Source of the DNA: Oikopleura dioica | Lineage: Eukaryota > Animalia > Chordata | DNA length: 64,000 nucleotides | Reading direction: 5' to 3' | Assembly: GCA_907165135.1 (NCBI GenBank) | Contig: OU015566.1 | Location: forward strand, 6,882,001 to 6,946,000 | Shown here: in pieces, positions 51,201-63,947 of the stretch | Position numbering within the stretch: position 1 is the first letter of the stretch | Layout: every line of letters starts with the position of its first letter | Notes under the pieces: generated by a model | What the model saw: only the letters and a program-made list of their open reading frames with translations | The model's database searches: none | What the model was told of the DNA's origin: nothing | Made by a program: the position numbers and the translations under genes

Positions 51201-51963
51201 CCGATTCTGCGGTAGATTCAGCTGTAGAAGACGCTTCCGAACGATGAGAAATGTCGGACTTTTCCGATTCACAGTCGGACTCGCTTTCGAACACTTTTCG
51301 CGGCTTTCTTCGCTTTTCTTTCTTGCCTTTGCCTGTCTGCTGGAAGGGTTCTGGAATCTCGTCGGGGTAGAAGTTTTCATGCTGGACTTCGGAGAGAAGG
51401 GATCGTTCGGATGCAGTGGTGATATTCGTCGCGGCGGAAATTCGAGAAGAAGTTTCGGAGGCCTTTGAAAGACCAGAAATATGAGAGATCCCGGAGAGCT
51501 CCGATCGTCCAGAGCGAAGGGACGTCTGCGAGACACCAGAGACCCCGGATATTTGAGAAATTCCTGACTTGATAGAAGTGCCTGATTTGATAGAAATTTC
51601 TGACATTCCAGACTTCTGAGAGGACATGGACTTCATCGAAGCCGCCTCGGAAATGTTGGACTTGGTACTTCGGAGCGATGCAGTGGACTTTTCTGATAGG
51701 AGGGATTTCGATGATTGATGGGATTTCTGGGAAATTGCGGATTTTTCGGACTGTTGCTCGGAACGCACGGATTTTTCGTCGTCGTCTGCTTTTGGTAGAG
51801 AACCGAGGTCGTCGTCGTCCATAAGAAGTCGTCGGGCCTTAATTCATTCTAGCTCTTGATACCCCTAAAAATTTCAAACCTCATCGGGTCCGATTCTTTC
51901 CACCAAAGTGAGTTTTTGATAGGCCATTTGTTTCTCATCTTCTGTGTCCGATCCTCCGCCCAT
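48238..51963 (-). CDS. NCBP3: Nuclear cap-binding protein subunit 3 with long Ser-rich extensions
   Basis: ITVFGCKDLNTEHLLNYFKTYAP..VNWVDDDRCKLLW and KSKYYVKYGNPNYGGMRGLLTKTFKRR. The 3' end depends on a GA donor; alternative stop at 48518. Confidence 0.88.
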
Positions 51964-52497
51964 TTTTTCACAAGATAGGTCTAAAAATTAAAGAGATAAC
52001 TTGCTATTCTATGTCATTTAATTCAAGTTTTTCAGAATTGACGAGAACGATAAATCCGCCAAAAAGTTCCGCAGTTTTGAAACTTCGCTGCGGGGCAAAT
52101 GTTAATAGAAATGGGATGGCATTTCTTTCTGTATTGGAGATCACTTTACTACCCATTCTGTAATTTTTGCCAAGTTTCATTTTATTGAAAGTTTCCATTT
52201 AAAAATTTCAAATTAGTACAGATGGGGGAACATAAAAAATTGTAAGATTTTTTTTAAGCTGGATCCTGTACAAGACTACGCGAGTCTCATGTCTCATTTT
52301 ATTAAATTATAATAAACATTTTTAAAAATAATGTCTCATATCCGAAGTAAATACCGAAGTATAATATTATCCGTTGTTCAGAACAATGCCATTAGTACGT
52401 TTGTTAAGATTATCTCATTTAAATACTTTTGATTCGCCGATTGATCATCCAATCAAAATTCACATCATTCTAAAAGGAGAAATATTTAAGAAAGAGA

Positions 52498-54190
52498 ATG
52501 AATATTTTGCCGTTTTTGAGGGAATGTCTAAAAATCAAGAAAACCGTCCGAACTGGCTGGGTGCGACTTGGTAAGAAAAAAAGTGACATATTGAACTCAT
52601 TTTTATTTTATACATTTAGGAGTGAAAGAACCCGAAAATGTGTCGGAGCATATGTATTTCATGGCGCTTATGGCATTGAGGTGAAAGCAAATAATAATCG
52701 AACATGGGGTTTCTTAGCCAATAAGAAGAGCGCTAGTCGTACTTCTTCTTCGAATCCGTTTTTATCAGCGCTATTCCAGTAATAATAAGGGAAGTGCCAC
52801 AGATCCACTGAAAACTCACGTTTTCGCCGAATAATAAATATCCAGTAAGACCTAGAGACAAAATTATACAATTTTCGATCAAAAAATTTACCGGAAAAGA
52901 TCATATTCGACGCTGAATTGAGTAAAAAGCCTATTGATGTGTTAGTTTTTTGCATGCTCGTTATGAGCATGGTCATCGAAGAAGTATTAACTGCCATCAT
53001 CGCAAGAACAAGAACTGCCCGAATCGGATGAGACAAGATACAGTAGTCTCCTGGGCAAAGAAACTCTGTAAAGATCTCCGAAAATGCCCACTTCCCAAGA
53101 ACAGAGCCTAGACAAGCTAAAACGCCGGATAACAAACAGCCGTTTACAGCATTCATTCTGAAGGAAACAACATTTTTAGTGCGACTCCGAAAGAATTGAA
53201 CAAAGATAGATGCATGAAGATTGCGATTGTGCATGACCTGGCTGAATGCATTACTGGAGATATTGTGCCTGAAAAGTACTCTGGCGTTTCTGAGACTGAC
53301 AAGCATAAGATGGAGAGGGAAGCGATTGAGAAGATTTTAGGACTTCTGAAAAGGGATTTTATTGAACGAGTAATAAGTTCTTCTCGAATAAACGAAAGTA
53401 CCGCGGTACAATCAATTTTTTAGCATCATTTTTGGAATCCATTTTTAAAACGCCATTTTTGATAAAGAAAACTCTGAATTGAAATTTCTTCACCATAACT
53501 GCTGCACTGGAATACACAAAAAACTGTTTTGACACATTTTGCAGAAATAATGTTGAAATTTTTTCCCTCTGTATTTATTGCGCTCAGTAGTCCACCGATG
53601 TCAGCAGATATTGAGCAAATATCTCTTGCTGTGACCCTAAAAACACCTCGAGTAAATATAAAATCCCCCGCAGCCGGACAAAGAAACCCGCGACCATATT
53701 CGAGAGCTTTACGATGAATATGAAAATCAAACCACTCCAGGTTCGATCAACCACTTATTGACCTACTGTAAATATCGTTTTTAGAAGCAAAGTGGGTCAA
53801 AGACCTGGACAAACTGGAATTGATCCATCAAGGAATCTTGGTTCTATCGTTTTTATTAGGCGGAAGAAATTAACTCACGCATCGTAAAAGAAAAGTCCGA
53901 GTGACCTACTAAATAGTAGAAAATCAAGAACCCGCGATAAAGCCATTGCCTATGAAAAATCTGACAACTTGGACCTCTCTGGAATCATCGAAAACACACA
54001 AGGTAGAATAAAAGACTCCTCGGAAGCGACAAGTCAACTTAAATTATCGTCCCCATAAATTTCAAGCCCGATAATTGAGACCCTGTTTTCAGCAAAAGTC
54101 AAAACGGATGCCGGTAAAGAGCTCCTCCGCGAACTGGAAGATGAAAGAAATGCGTATGCACAGAATACTGCGGATAAATCCCCTAAATAG
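52498..54190 (+). CDS. HDDC2: HD-domain 5'-deoxynucleotidase HDDC2
   Basis: KKTVRTGWVRLG|VKEPENVSEHMY..|..LNKDRCMKIAIVHDLAECITGDIVP..|..ELYDEYENQTTP|EAKWVKDLDKLELIHQ|AIAYE. Confidence 0.93.
52733..53156 (-). CDS. TMEM42: TMEM42-like small multi-pass membrane protein nested in HDDC2 intron 2
   Basis: MNAVNGCLLSGVLACLGSVLGKWAF..VNTSSMTML..NSASNMIFS|GLTGYLLFGENVSFQWICGTSLIITGIALI..* with one 40-nt GT-AG intron; matches the remembered TMEM42 pattern. Confidence 0.85.
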
Positions 54191-55889
54191 CTGTCAATGA
54201 ACATAAAGACAAATTGAAAATGTGACCTTGACGTTTTGGCTTACTCGGAATTTGTGGTTGGATAAAATGTTTCAAAGTAACAGTGAATATTTCGTCTAAA
54301 AAGAAAACTTTCAAACCAGATTATTTTTTGCCAGATGCCGCTAAAATGACTGTTTTCTGTAAAATCTATACTGCAGACTTTCTTAAAATTCAAAAGCCTC
54401 TTATCTTACGCTTGAAATTAACTGAATTTCTTTTAATATTTCCTGATCAAACCACAATTCCCAAGAAAAGCGAGTCAATCAAGGTCACATTTGATAGAAA
54501 GGAATATATTTTTGAATATATTTTTACTCTGACAATTATTGAATGACTGAAGAGAATAAAAGGGAACAAATTTGAGTAGGAAAATCTGAAACTAAAGGAG
54601 TAATTATTAATAACTCCGAGAAAGAGCGATAAAAGCCCTCGAGCTTGAGCCCGATTTCGAGCTGCTAACGATTATCTAACTTGGTGATGCCTAAAGTGAA
54701 ACATACAGAACTATGGGATGATCGAGCGAACTTAAGATTATGAGTGAAGAGGTACATAGAAGTACGGTACATGTAATAACTTGAATTTCTTGAAGCGAGT
54801 AGGTCACCTTTTATCAGAATCGAATTTGTTAGCGGTACTCTTTTATAGGAGTTTTTTCCTTCAGAACGGGCTTTTATGAATTCGCTAAACAGCTAGACTA
54901 AAAAACCTGCTCTAAAAACTCCGGAGAGAAAGTAAGCCGCGGCAGAACGCGAAAATACTTTTTTTAAAAAGATATTGAAAACTCATGGAAATTAAACAAT
55001 TGCTGAATAATTAAGGAATTCGTCGACAATCCAAATTGAACGGTTCATTGAAGAGATTCTCATGATTTATTTGAGAAGCAAATCATCGAATAAACCGCAC
55101 TTATTTGGCTGAATAGGAGGCTTACTTCCTGAAGAACTAATCCTACTAAGTAGTTGACTGAAATCATAAAAGACCACCGTGACAAAGGAAAAAAGACTCC
55201 CAAAAGACTAGTACCGCTCCTTACAAACAGGCTCCTGCAATCAATGAAGAGGAAGGACATTATATCCAAATAAAGCTTTTGTTGTGAACAGAATCGAACG
55301 CCTTTGAAATTTGTTGTTTTGTTTTTATCACACGAAATTATCGCAGTTTTCGAAGCTTGTAAGTTTTTTTGGTGTTTTTTCTTTTGTAAGAAATGATTTT
55401 TCGAACATTGAGTGAAGGAACTCGGCGTAAATGATACATGCTCAGGTTTATGGAATAGTTGTAGCTGTACAAGAATTCTGAAAGATACGCGTTGGATTGT
55501 TGATTTTTTTCAAAATTTATTTTTTTTAGTTAAACAAACGTACCTGTAACAGTAGTCAAATCTCCTGTAAGTCGGTAATCGCGAAATTTTTTTTATGTAG
55601 CAAAAGAAACAGATTTAAAACGAAAGAATTTGGTTGTCTAGAATGGGTGGAAAAAGAAAATAGTAAAAACGGTGCAAACACTGGTTAAATTTCATTTTAG
55701 GCTTTAGATTTTATAACTATGCGTTTTGAAGTTTGTTTTAATTTTTTGTTGACGAAGTAAGAAGAGGTGTGGGTGGGGAGATTCTTCTTGAAAAATAAAA
55801 TTGTAAGAAAAGGGTATGTTTCAGTATGTGTGTTTTTTTAATATGGCCCGTGGTGAAGGGTAATATTGGTGGGTGCACTTTGAGAGAAT

Positions 55890-56904
<1,015 letters not shown>

Positions 56905-57492
56905 TTTTGATTGTTTTTTCTAATTTGAAGTGTGTGGAATGGAAATAGGCGCAAGCACGACTCTCCGTCTGAAAGAAATTTGGTTAGTTTTTTCTTCAAA
57001 TTTTCCAACTGCGACTGAAAAAAAACAGAAAAAGAACAGTGCTTCTGTGGTGAAAAATGAGCTAAAAAGAACTGGTTGTTACCTGTTTGAGCCAATTCAA
57101 AATCTGAACCATTATTATCAAAATAACGGCAAAGGATGAGTGTTCTAGAATCTTTGATTTCTCAGAAAAATGATGCAGCGTTATTTTTAACTCAGGCGGA
57201 TTTTAAATTATTTCACGAAAACAAGGAATGATTCTTATTGACAATATTAACCTACAGTTGCCGAGGATAAAATTCATAAAAATGAAACTAATGAAATCAA
57301 TTGATCAAAGTTCTACAAATATAAAAAGACTTTCAGCAGAAAAAAATTGAAACTGAAATTCAGCGAAATATCAAATTCGTAAACAAAGCTCTAGAAATTT
57401 TCACTGGCGGCAATAATCTGCCTGGGAATGAACAAATTGCGCTAATCAACTGGGTTAGAGCAGCAGCAACAAGCAGTTTAGTTCATCAATCA

Positions 57493-57858
57493 ATATAACA
57501 GGCTTCAAATAAGTCGGACATACGATGTCTGTAACTTTCGATTGGGCTAAGATAATTACGATCTGTAACTTGCAGACTGTAGCCGGATATAATTTTACAT
57601 ATTTTAAGAAGAATTGGTGTCAATAAAGTTTCTGGTGGTGGAGTTATGACGTCATGAAAATGCATTATAGAAGGGCACTATCAACTTTGTGACGTCATTA
57701 CTCCACCTCCACATATTCAAATAACACCAAAATCTTATTTAACACACATCAGACCCTCCCCAACATGGTGCAAAAGAGAGAATCGAAATATCTCGACTCT
57801 AACACTTTCAAAATCGCTCCACCAATTTATGTCCGACTTATTTGAAACCTGTTTATAT
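57493..57858. mobile_element. MITE with 24-bp TIRs and an internal inverted repeat carrying TGACGTCA
   Basis: CAGGCTTCAAATAAGTCGGACATA (57499-57522) pairs with TATGTCCGACTTATTTGAAACCTG (57828-57851), one mismatch. Confidence 0.7.
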
Positions 57859-58359
57859 CAATATCCTCTCATATGTGCTCTTATAAGAGCGAGCCAGGCT
57901 ATTATACATTACATTATGCCCCCGTCCGCGGCTAAAAGGGACTGTCACTGACCCCTGTCATCGGCTTATTACTTTTGTTATTGCTGATGCGTGTTAGATC
58001 CGACACAAATGTACTATTCTATATCTACAGTTTCATTTATTATGCGGCTGAAACGAAGAGATGCTGGGTAAAAACGTCATAATTCGATATAAACTGGATC
58101 AGTAATCACTCACTGACTCCCAAAAGCCTCCCAGGCATAATTTGAAGAGCCAGAAACGGCAAATATTTGATGAACTTTTTCTTTATACTAGGGCTACGTC
58201 AGAAAGTAGATTTCCACAGGAAAAGTGTCAGGGCCCGTCGGCTCGGTACGTCATCCTAGCCTCTTTATTGTCCCAAAAGTCCAGCATGACAGGTACGCGG
58301 TGCAACAAAATGCGACACCTGAGTCAAATACCTGTAAGCTAGGTAAACTGGACTATTAA

Positions 58360-58744
58360 GGGGTAGAAACAGCTTTCTCGATTTCGGACTGTAGCTATAT
58401 AAAAGAAAACGTAAGATTTATTTATATTAACGGTTATTCCTCATAAATGTTCCTAGAAAAGGGGTTGAGGTTCACAAAACTATGAATGAAATTTGTTTAA
58501 CTATCAGCTGACTCGAGATATTCGTGTTTGAAAAGTGGCGAAAATCGAGAATTTCGGAGAGATGAGTTGCTTCTGAGCCCGCTTACTCAAAAATTTGATG
58601 ACTAAAACAAATTTTGAGGGAGATGCTCCTAGATCTAAGATGTTTCTATCTAAACCTGAAGAGAAAATTTGAAAATAAAAGATCCTCTTGTCTGTAACGC
58701 CGGTCAAAAATCGCCTTTTTCGGAAAAAAGCTGTTTCTACCCCC
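58360..58744. mobile_element. Kolobok-like MITE family B, copy 2
   Basis: TTAA|GGGGTAGAAACAGCTTT ... AAAGCTGTTTCTACCCCC|TTAA; shares GATGCTC(C/T)TAGATCTAAGAT and GGCGAAAATCG blocks with 18698-19388. Confidence 0.85.
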
Positions 58745-59944
58745 TTAACATAAAAAAGACAGTAAGACATTAAAGAGGTTCAAAAACGCAAAGGATGACG
58801 TAACAAATAGGTCCATAAGTTTATGAAATCAAGGAAGAAAAGTCATAAAAAGGAGTCATTTCGGAATCTGACTTCGTATTCTACAAAAAGGCGTTGGCCT
58901 AAAAACACAATAAACCCAATTTGAGATCATAAACAATTCAAAACTGGCTTTTAATGGCCTAAAATCTCTCGCTAGACTTTCTCAGCTTGCTGAATCCACA
59001 AAACGGGCTCAGAATAAAACGATTTTGCAAATATTGGCACTGAGTAAAAAAACCGCAGTGCAGAGGAAAGCAAACTCAAACATTATTATCGGCGAAAACA
59101 TGAAAATTATTCCACGGAAAAGTCTCACTTTATGGCTGGTATAATTAGGGAAAGTAGCGACATCTGTGGTCACAATTTGTGACAAACTTTTGGCAGGAAA
59201 TAATCTCGTAAAGCCGTCACGTGGTGATTCCTTTTTGGCTCCAGGAGAAAAGAAAATTTGTACATAGAAAGAGGAGACCCTCGTCCCACGAGATCCCACA
59301 TAACTTCCAACTGCTTTCTATAGGAAATTAAATATCGCTACGTCCGGAGCGCCCTTTGTCAAAGTCTCTAAGTTTGAGCTGTAATTTACTCGCTGAATGC
59401 GCTCATAATTGGCCCCCACCGTTTAAAAATGCGCCCAGCGCACTGATTCCGGTCGCTTTCGAGGAAGCTTCTCTGCTGACAAAAGCTCGCCAAAAAGGCC
59501 GAAGCCATGAAAAATTTAGAAAGGGATAAGAATCGATGAAAAGGGGATAGAATTTATACGAAATCCTGTAATCTATTCTCATCCCGTGATCGCCGATAAA
59601 AATTGATATTGATTAATCGATGTCTTTAAATTCCGCTGCTATTTTTCTGGCTCCCGTGTCTCGAAAAAACTGGTTTATGGATCAGTGGAAAATTGAGGAG
59701 AATTTACAGTTGGTAGAAGTTGAATTGAAGCTCAAACAGGAGTGGTTGTTCGCTCTTTAGAATGATAGTCGTCTCTGTAGTTGTAAAGAGGGTTTGTTAA
59801 ATCTGATCAACTCTCTAGCTCTGGTTTAGCCTGCGGGCGTGTTCGGGCACACGGGCACACAAAGTGCTGCTAGTTGCTCTCTTCTTCGTTAGCGGGTCAA
59901 TGGACGTGCTCCGAGTAGGCCGTTAGCAGGTCCTCGGATGATCC

Positions 59945-59982
59945 AACTGACGCGGGAGCGCCACCGTCGCCACCGCTTTATA
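59945..59982 (-). promoter_or_regulatory. Candidate TATA + Inr core promoter facing calmodulin
   Basis: Minus-strand TATAAA (59982-59977), a GC-rich spacer, then TCAGTT (59950-59945). Spacing of about 34 nt is slightly long. Confidence 0.35.
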
Positions 59983-60882
59983 GCTCTTTAGTCACACTTC
60001 TGAACGAACAAGTCCGCTGAAATATCTCTCGAGCATTCTACCAGGCCTAGGCCGTCCTCTTCCCTTTCAGGGATCATTCGATTATCCACTAAGAAATCCT
60101 TCGTTTTGAAAAAAAAGTTCAAAGCTCATAAAAACATATGAAAAAGTTCATTCAAAACACTCCTCAAAAGCAAAAGCTACACTTTGTAGCTCTCTAAAAT
60201 CCTCAAAAAAGAATTTCTAAAATGAAGATTCTAAATTCGCACATCGATGAGTGGTGATTCAACAGACTCCATAGCGACGGAATACAGAACACGCGCCCGG
60301 GGCAACAGAACTTGCTATAAATTTTGAGTGAGGATCTTCAAGTTTCCCCTCTGTCTACATTTTCTCCTCCTATAATTTGAAATTTCTCACAGGCAATTAC
60401 GGAAACTTATAAAGTTGTTTTTCGGAAACAGATTTTTTTTATGAAACCGGCAGTAAAAGGCAGTAGGATAAGAAACAAATGCAAAGAAAAAGAGTTGCAA
60501 TAAAGTCTTCCAAGATTGTCTTTGATGAAGCGGAACTTTTGAAGCGCAGGTTTACAGAATACAGAAAGAAGCTAAAGCTATCAGACGTTGGGATTGCGTC
60601 TGTGCTGGTTGATGTTGTTGGCGTGCGTTGACGTCAGCGTCGACTAGAATTATTTTAGTATTGTATGTTCTACGAAAATTAACCCCTTCAGAGTTGTTTT
60701 TTCTGAAGGCTTTCTTTCAGTAAGGGCCGCCATTGTCCGAAAAATTCTACTTTTCAGCGAAAGACAAGGGATAAAACATTCATGGAATTCGTTGAATTAT
60801 TAACAATCAGCACTGTGAAAGCGCACAGTGAAGCGACTGACAGAAAAGATAAACCTATTCCACAATAGTTCGCCAGTCGCCA

Positions 60883-63800
60883 CTATGGGGCTTGTTGAGC
60901 CCCAGAGGGCATATTGTGCCCAATCTGTATGATTATCATCTTCTTATGGACACCGATATAGAAAATCGTTACGAATAAATTTATACTGAACAGATTGCTC
61001 GATTACTTCGCAGAACGCTGCTTGTAATTAATTATTGCCCGGCAGTAACTTATAAAAAACAAAAAAACATACGTGAATAACGCTTTGGGGATGAGCAGGT
61101 TGCGAGTGCGGGTGGAGATTGAGGATCGGAGACTGAGAGTTGTAAACTTCCATTTTGATTTATTCACATGAAATTGACAAACAAATTGATGAGAGAAAAT
61201 CTTTGAGTAAACCGATCCTTGATGTTGCTGCTGCTGTTGTTGTTGCTGCGACATGAGCTGTGGATGGTCTTGATTTGTCTGGTACCAAGCGTTATTCATC
61301 TCAGCTCGCGAGACGGATATATGCCCAGCTTGAGCGAGGCTTCTACTCGTTGTCGGCTGGAGCTACATTAATTATAATAATTTATCGTGATTTGAATTGG
61401 CTAGACTTTTTTTGGAAAAGAATTAATTCTTAGATGAAATGAATTTTATTCATTTTCCGTACCTCCGTGAGCGTGGGCCCCGATGTTGATTTGTTTTCGA
61501 CAGGGATTTTTGGCAAGATGCGCTGGTGCTGGTGATGCGGCCGAGTTGCTGCTTGTTGATTCTGATGTACCTGATTTGCGTGAATCAAGGGTCGAGAATG
61601 ATGCTGTGCGTTTTGCGGCGTCGCCATTGTGATTGTTGGAGCTGAACCAACTGGTTTATTATCCATGCAAAAGTACTTCATTCTGCCGCGATTAATGATT
61701 GACAAGGGATGTGGAGAATAATTAGACTACTCACTTGCCCCTTTTTCTTTTGAACTTTTCACGCGGTTACCTGAGGAATGATTTTGAATAACAGAAGTAG
61801 CTTGAATTTGTTGTTGTTTTGACAATTGTTGATAATTGTTCGGCGCGTGACTGGTGATTGGGACTATCGTCGAGACTTGAGTCGCACTGACACGGTTGTT
61901 ACTTGCGGATTGTTGCTGCTGATGGCTAGTGCTGTTGTTGTTCGATTTTGGTCCTTTCTGGAGCAATTGAACGCCGGATGGGCGAGAGGAGGAAGAGGCA
62001 GTTGAGGAATTCGAATTCGTCTTTCCGCGGCGAGAGGAGCTACTCGACGGCGGAGCGGACTGAATTTATTCTGTAAGGAGTACAGTAAGATGAGCAAAGA
62101 AAACAGCAGCGCAATGATTAAAAATCGAAAAATGGAATGCTTGCCAAAGTAGCCGGCAGAAAGCCGAGAAGTCAACACGGAGGAAAATAAGAATCAAATA
62201 TGTATCGATGAGGATGGGTGATTGGTTATTTATTACCTGTACAGAGCCATCGGCGCCTGTCACCACTTCGATAATGCGCGGCCGCTCGATCACTGTCGCA
62301 TCTCCTTCACCGTCTTCGACGATTCCGACGATCCAAGCTTGGTGGCCCTCGATTCGTCGCAGCTCGGCGCAAAATTTCGCAGCCTGAATGACTCCAATTG
62401 AGTTCGCGAAATTGGAGAGCTTATGATCAATTTCTGCTCGCCAAGCAGTTTCAAGAATTGTATAAAAATAAATTATACATAGCAAGAGTCAGGACGAAAA
62501 ACCACGAGTCAATCCTCATTTCACAAAGAATTAAGTAACCTCACTGTGACAAGAATCAATCGATAGTATAGTTTCAGGGCATTAATCATTTACAGCTCTT
62601 GCTTTAATTTGGCACATAAGCTCAAGCCAAGAGGATTTGTTATTTCCTACCTCTTCGCGAGGGAGGGCAATGAGCATCCCTCCGGAGATTTCAGGAGCGA
62701 CGCCTTTTGCTAGACCGAAGGAATTGCCCATTGCTTTCGCGATCGTGTTCATTTTCGCGAGAACCGGCAGATTGTGGATCACAAAGTTGACCTTTTTCTT
62801 CTGTCGCTTTGCAAGGAGTTTAGCGTGACCCAGAATTCCGTAGCCTTGTAAGTTTAAAAAATAATGAGTAGATTCTAGCATGGGTTCGAGTTACCGGCGA
62901 CAGCTGTTGCGCCATGCGCGTTGAATTGAGCCATGAAGCGTGAGGCGTCGCGATTTAATCTCACCATATTAAACATTGCATCCTAAATAATAAATTTCCT
63001 TCTTCCCGAGGATCGCTCATCAATTTAAAATGAAATTTGTGAGGAGATAATAACCAATGTTTCTATTCGCCAAACATATTACAGTAGAGTCTATTCAAAA
63101 GACTATAATCAGATTGAGAATATTTCAGACTAACGACATAATTGGCAATTATGATGGGTAGGATGACTGGACTGTCAAAAATACACTAATTCTTCTGGAA
63201 CTGAATAATTGGCTGATAGAGTGGTCGTCTTTTGCCCAAATTGTCTATTGCCCAACTTGGGTAAAAGTCGGCCTGGGAAAAAGTCCTATCCTCCGACAAA
63301 CCTATGAATGTCAAATCGTTGAATTCCTCCTATTGAAGGAAATGCCCTCAAAGAACCATTTTTTCCAAAATTAACATAAGGGGTCAGATCTGAAAGTAAG
63401 GAGAGCTTACCTGATAGCCTCGTTCGACATCCTGTTCGGTAACAACTTGCTTCAGTCGATTCCATTTTTCTTGGTTCTGTTCCATCCACATATGCGCCAT
63501 ACACGCCACGTGAGTTCCAAGTGGCTTCGTTAAGACTAATTGGTTGATTTAATTAACGGGAGCTTATTCAATCTCCTTCTATGGATTGACCGAAAAACCT
63601 TACCTAAGACATCGCCCTTTTGTGCCGCGTCGGATGCCACAAACTCGCGACTGCCAACGTTCATGAACGCATTTACTTGACCAGAAATGGTCAGTGACGG
63701 GTTCAGCGCAAGCGGCGACTGGGTCATTATTGCGTTTGCCCTTTCACAGCATTCTTGAAAACCAGCCACGATCTTTGGAAGGACAACATCGCGTTCACGG

Positions 63801-63944
63801 TCGGACATTTTCGTCGACGAGGTCATCAGAAGATTGACTGTTTCTACTTCAACGACTCCAGCGGCGTAGATTGGGGCAAGACAATGAGCACATGCTGCTT
63901 GACCGGCTATGTGCGGGTCGTCTACTGGTGGCAGGGTTTGAAAT
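60883..63944 (-). CDS. Divergent selenophosphate synthetase (SPS/SEPHS) homologue with Q/N/S/H-rich C-terminal extension; N-terminus outside the window
   Basis: [31 protein letters not shown]|[52 protein letters not shown] are colinear with SEPHS1/2. No stop before the 62239 donor. Alternative last exon would end at 60581. Confidence 0.9.
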
Positions 63945-63947
63945 CTG

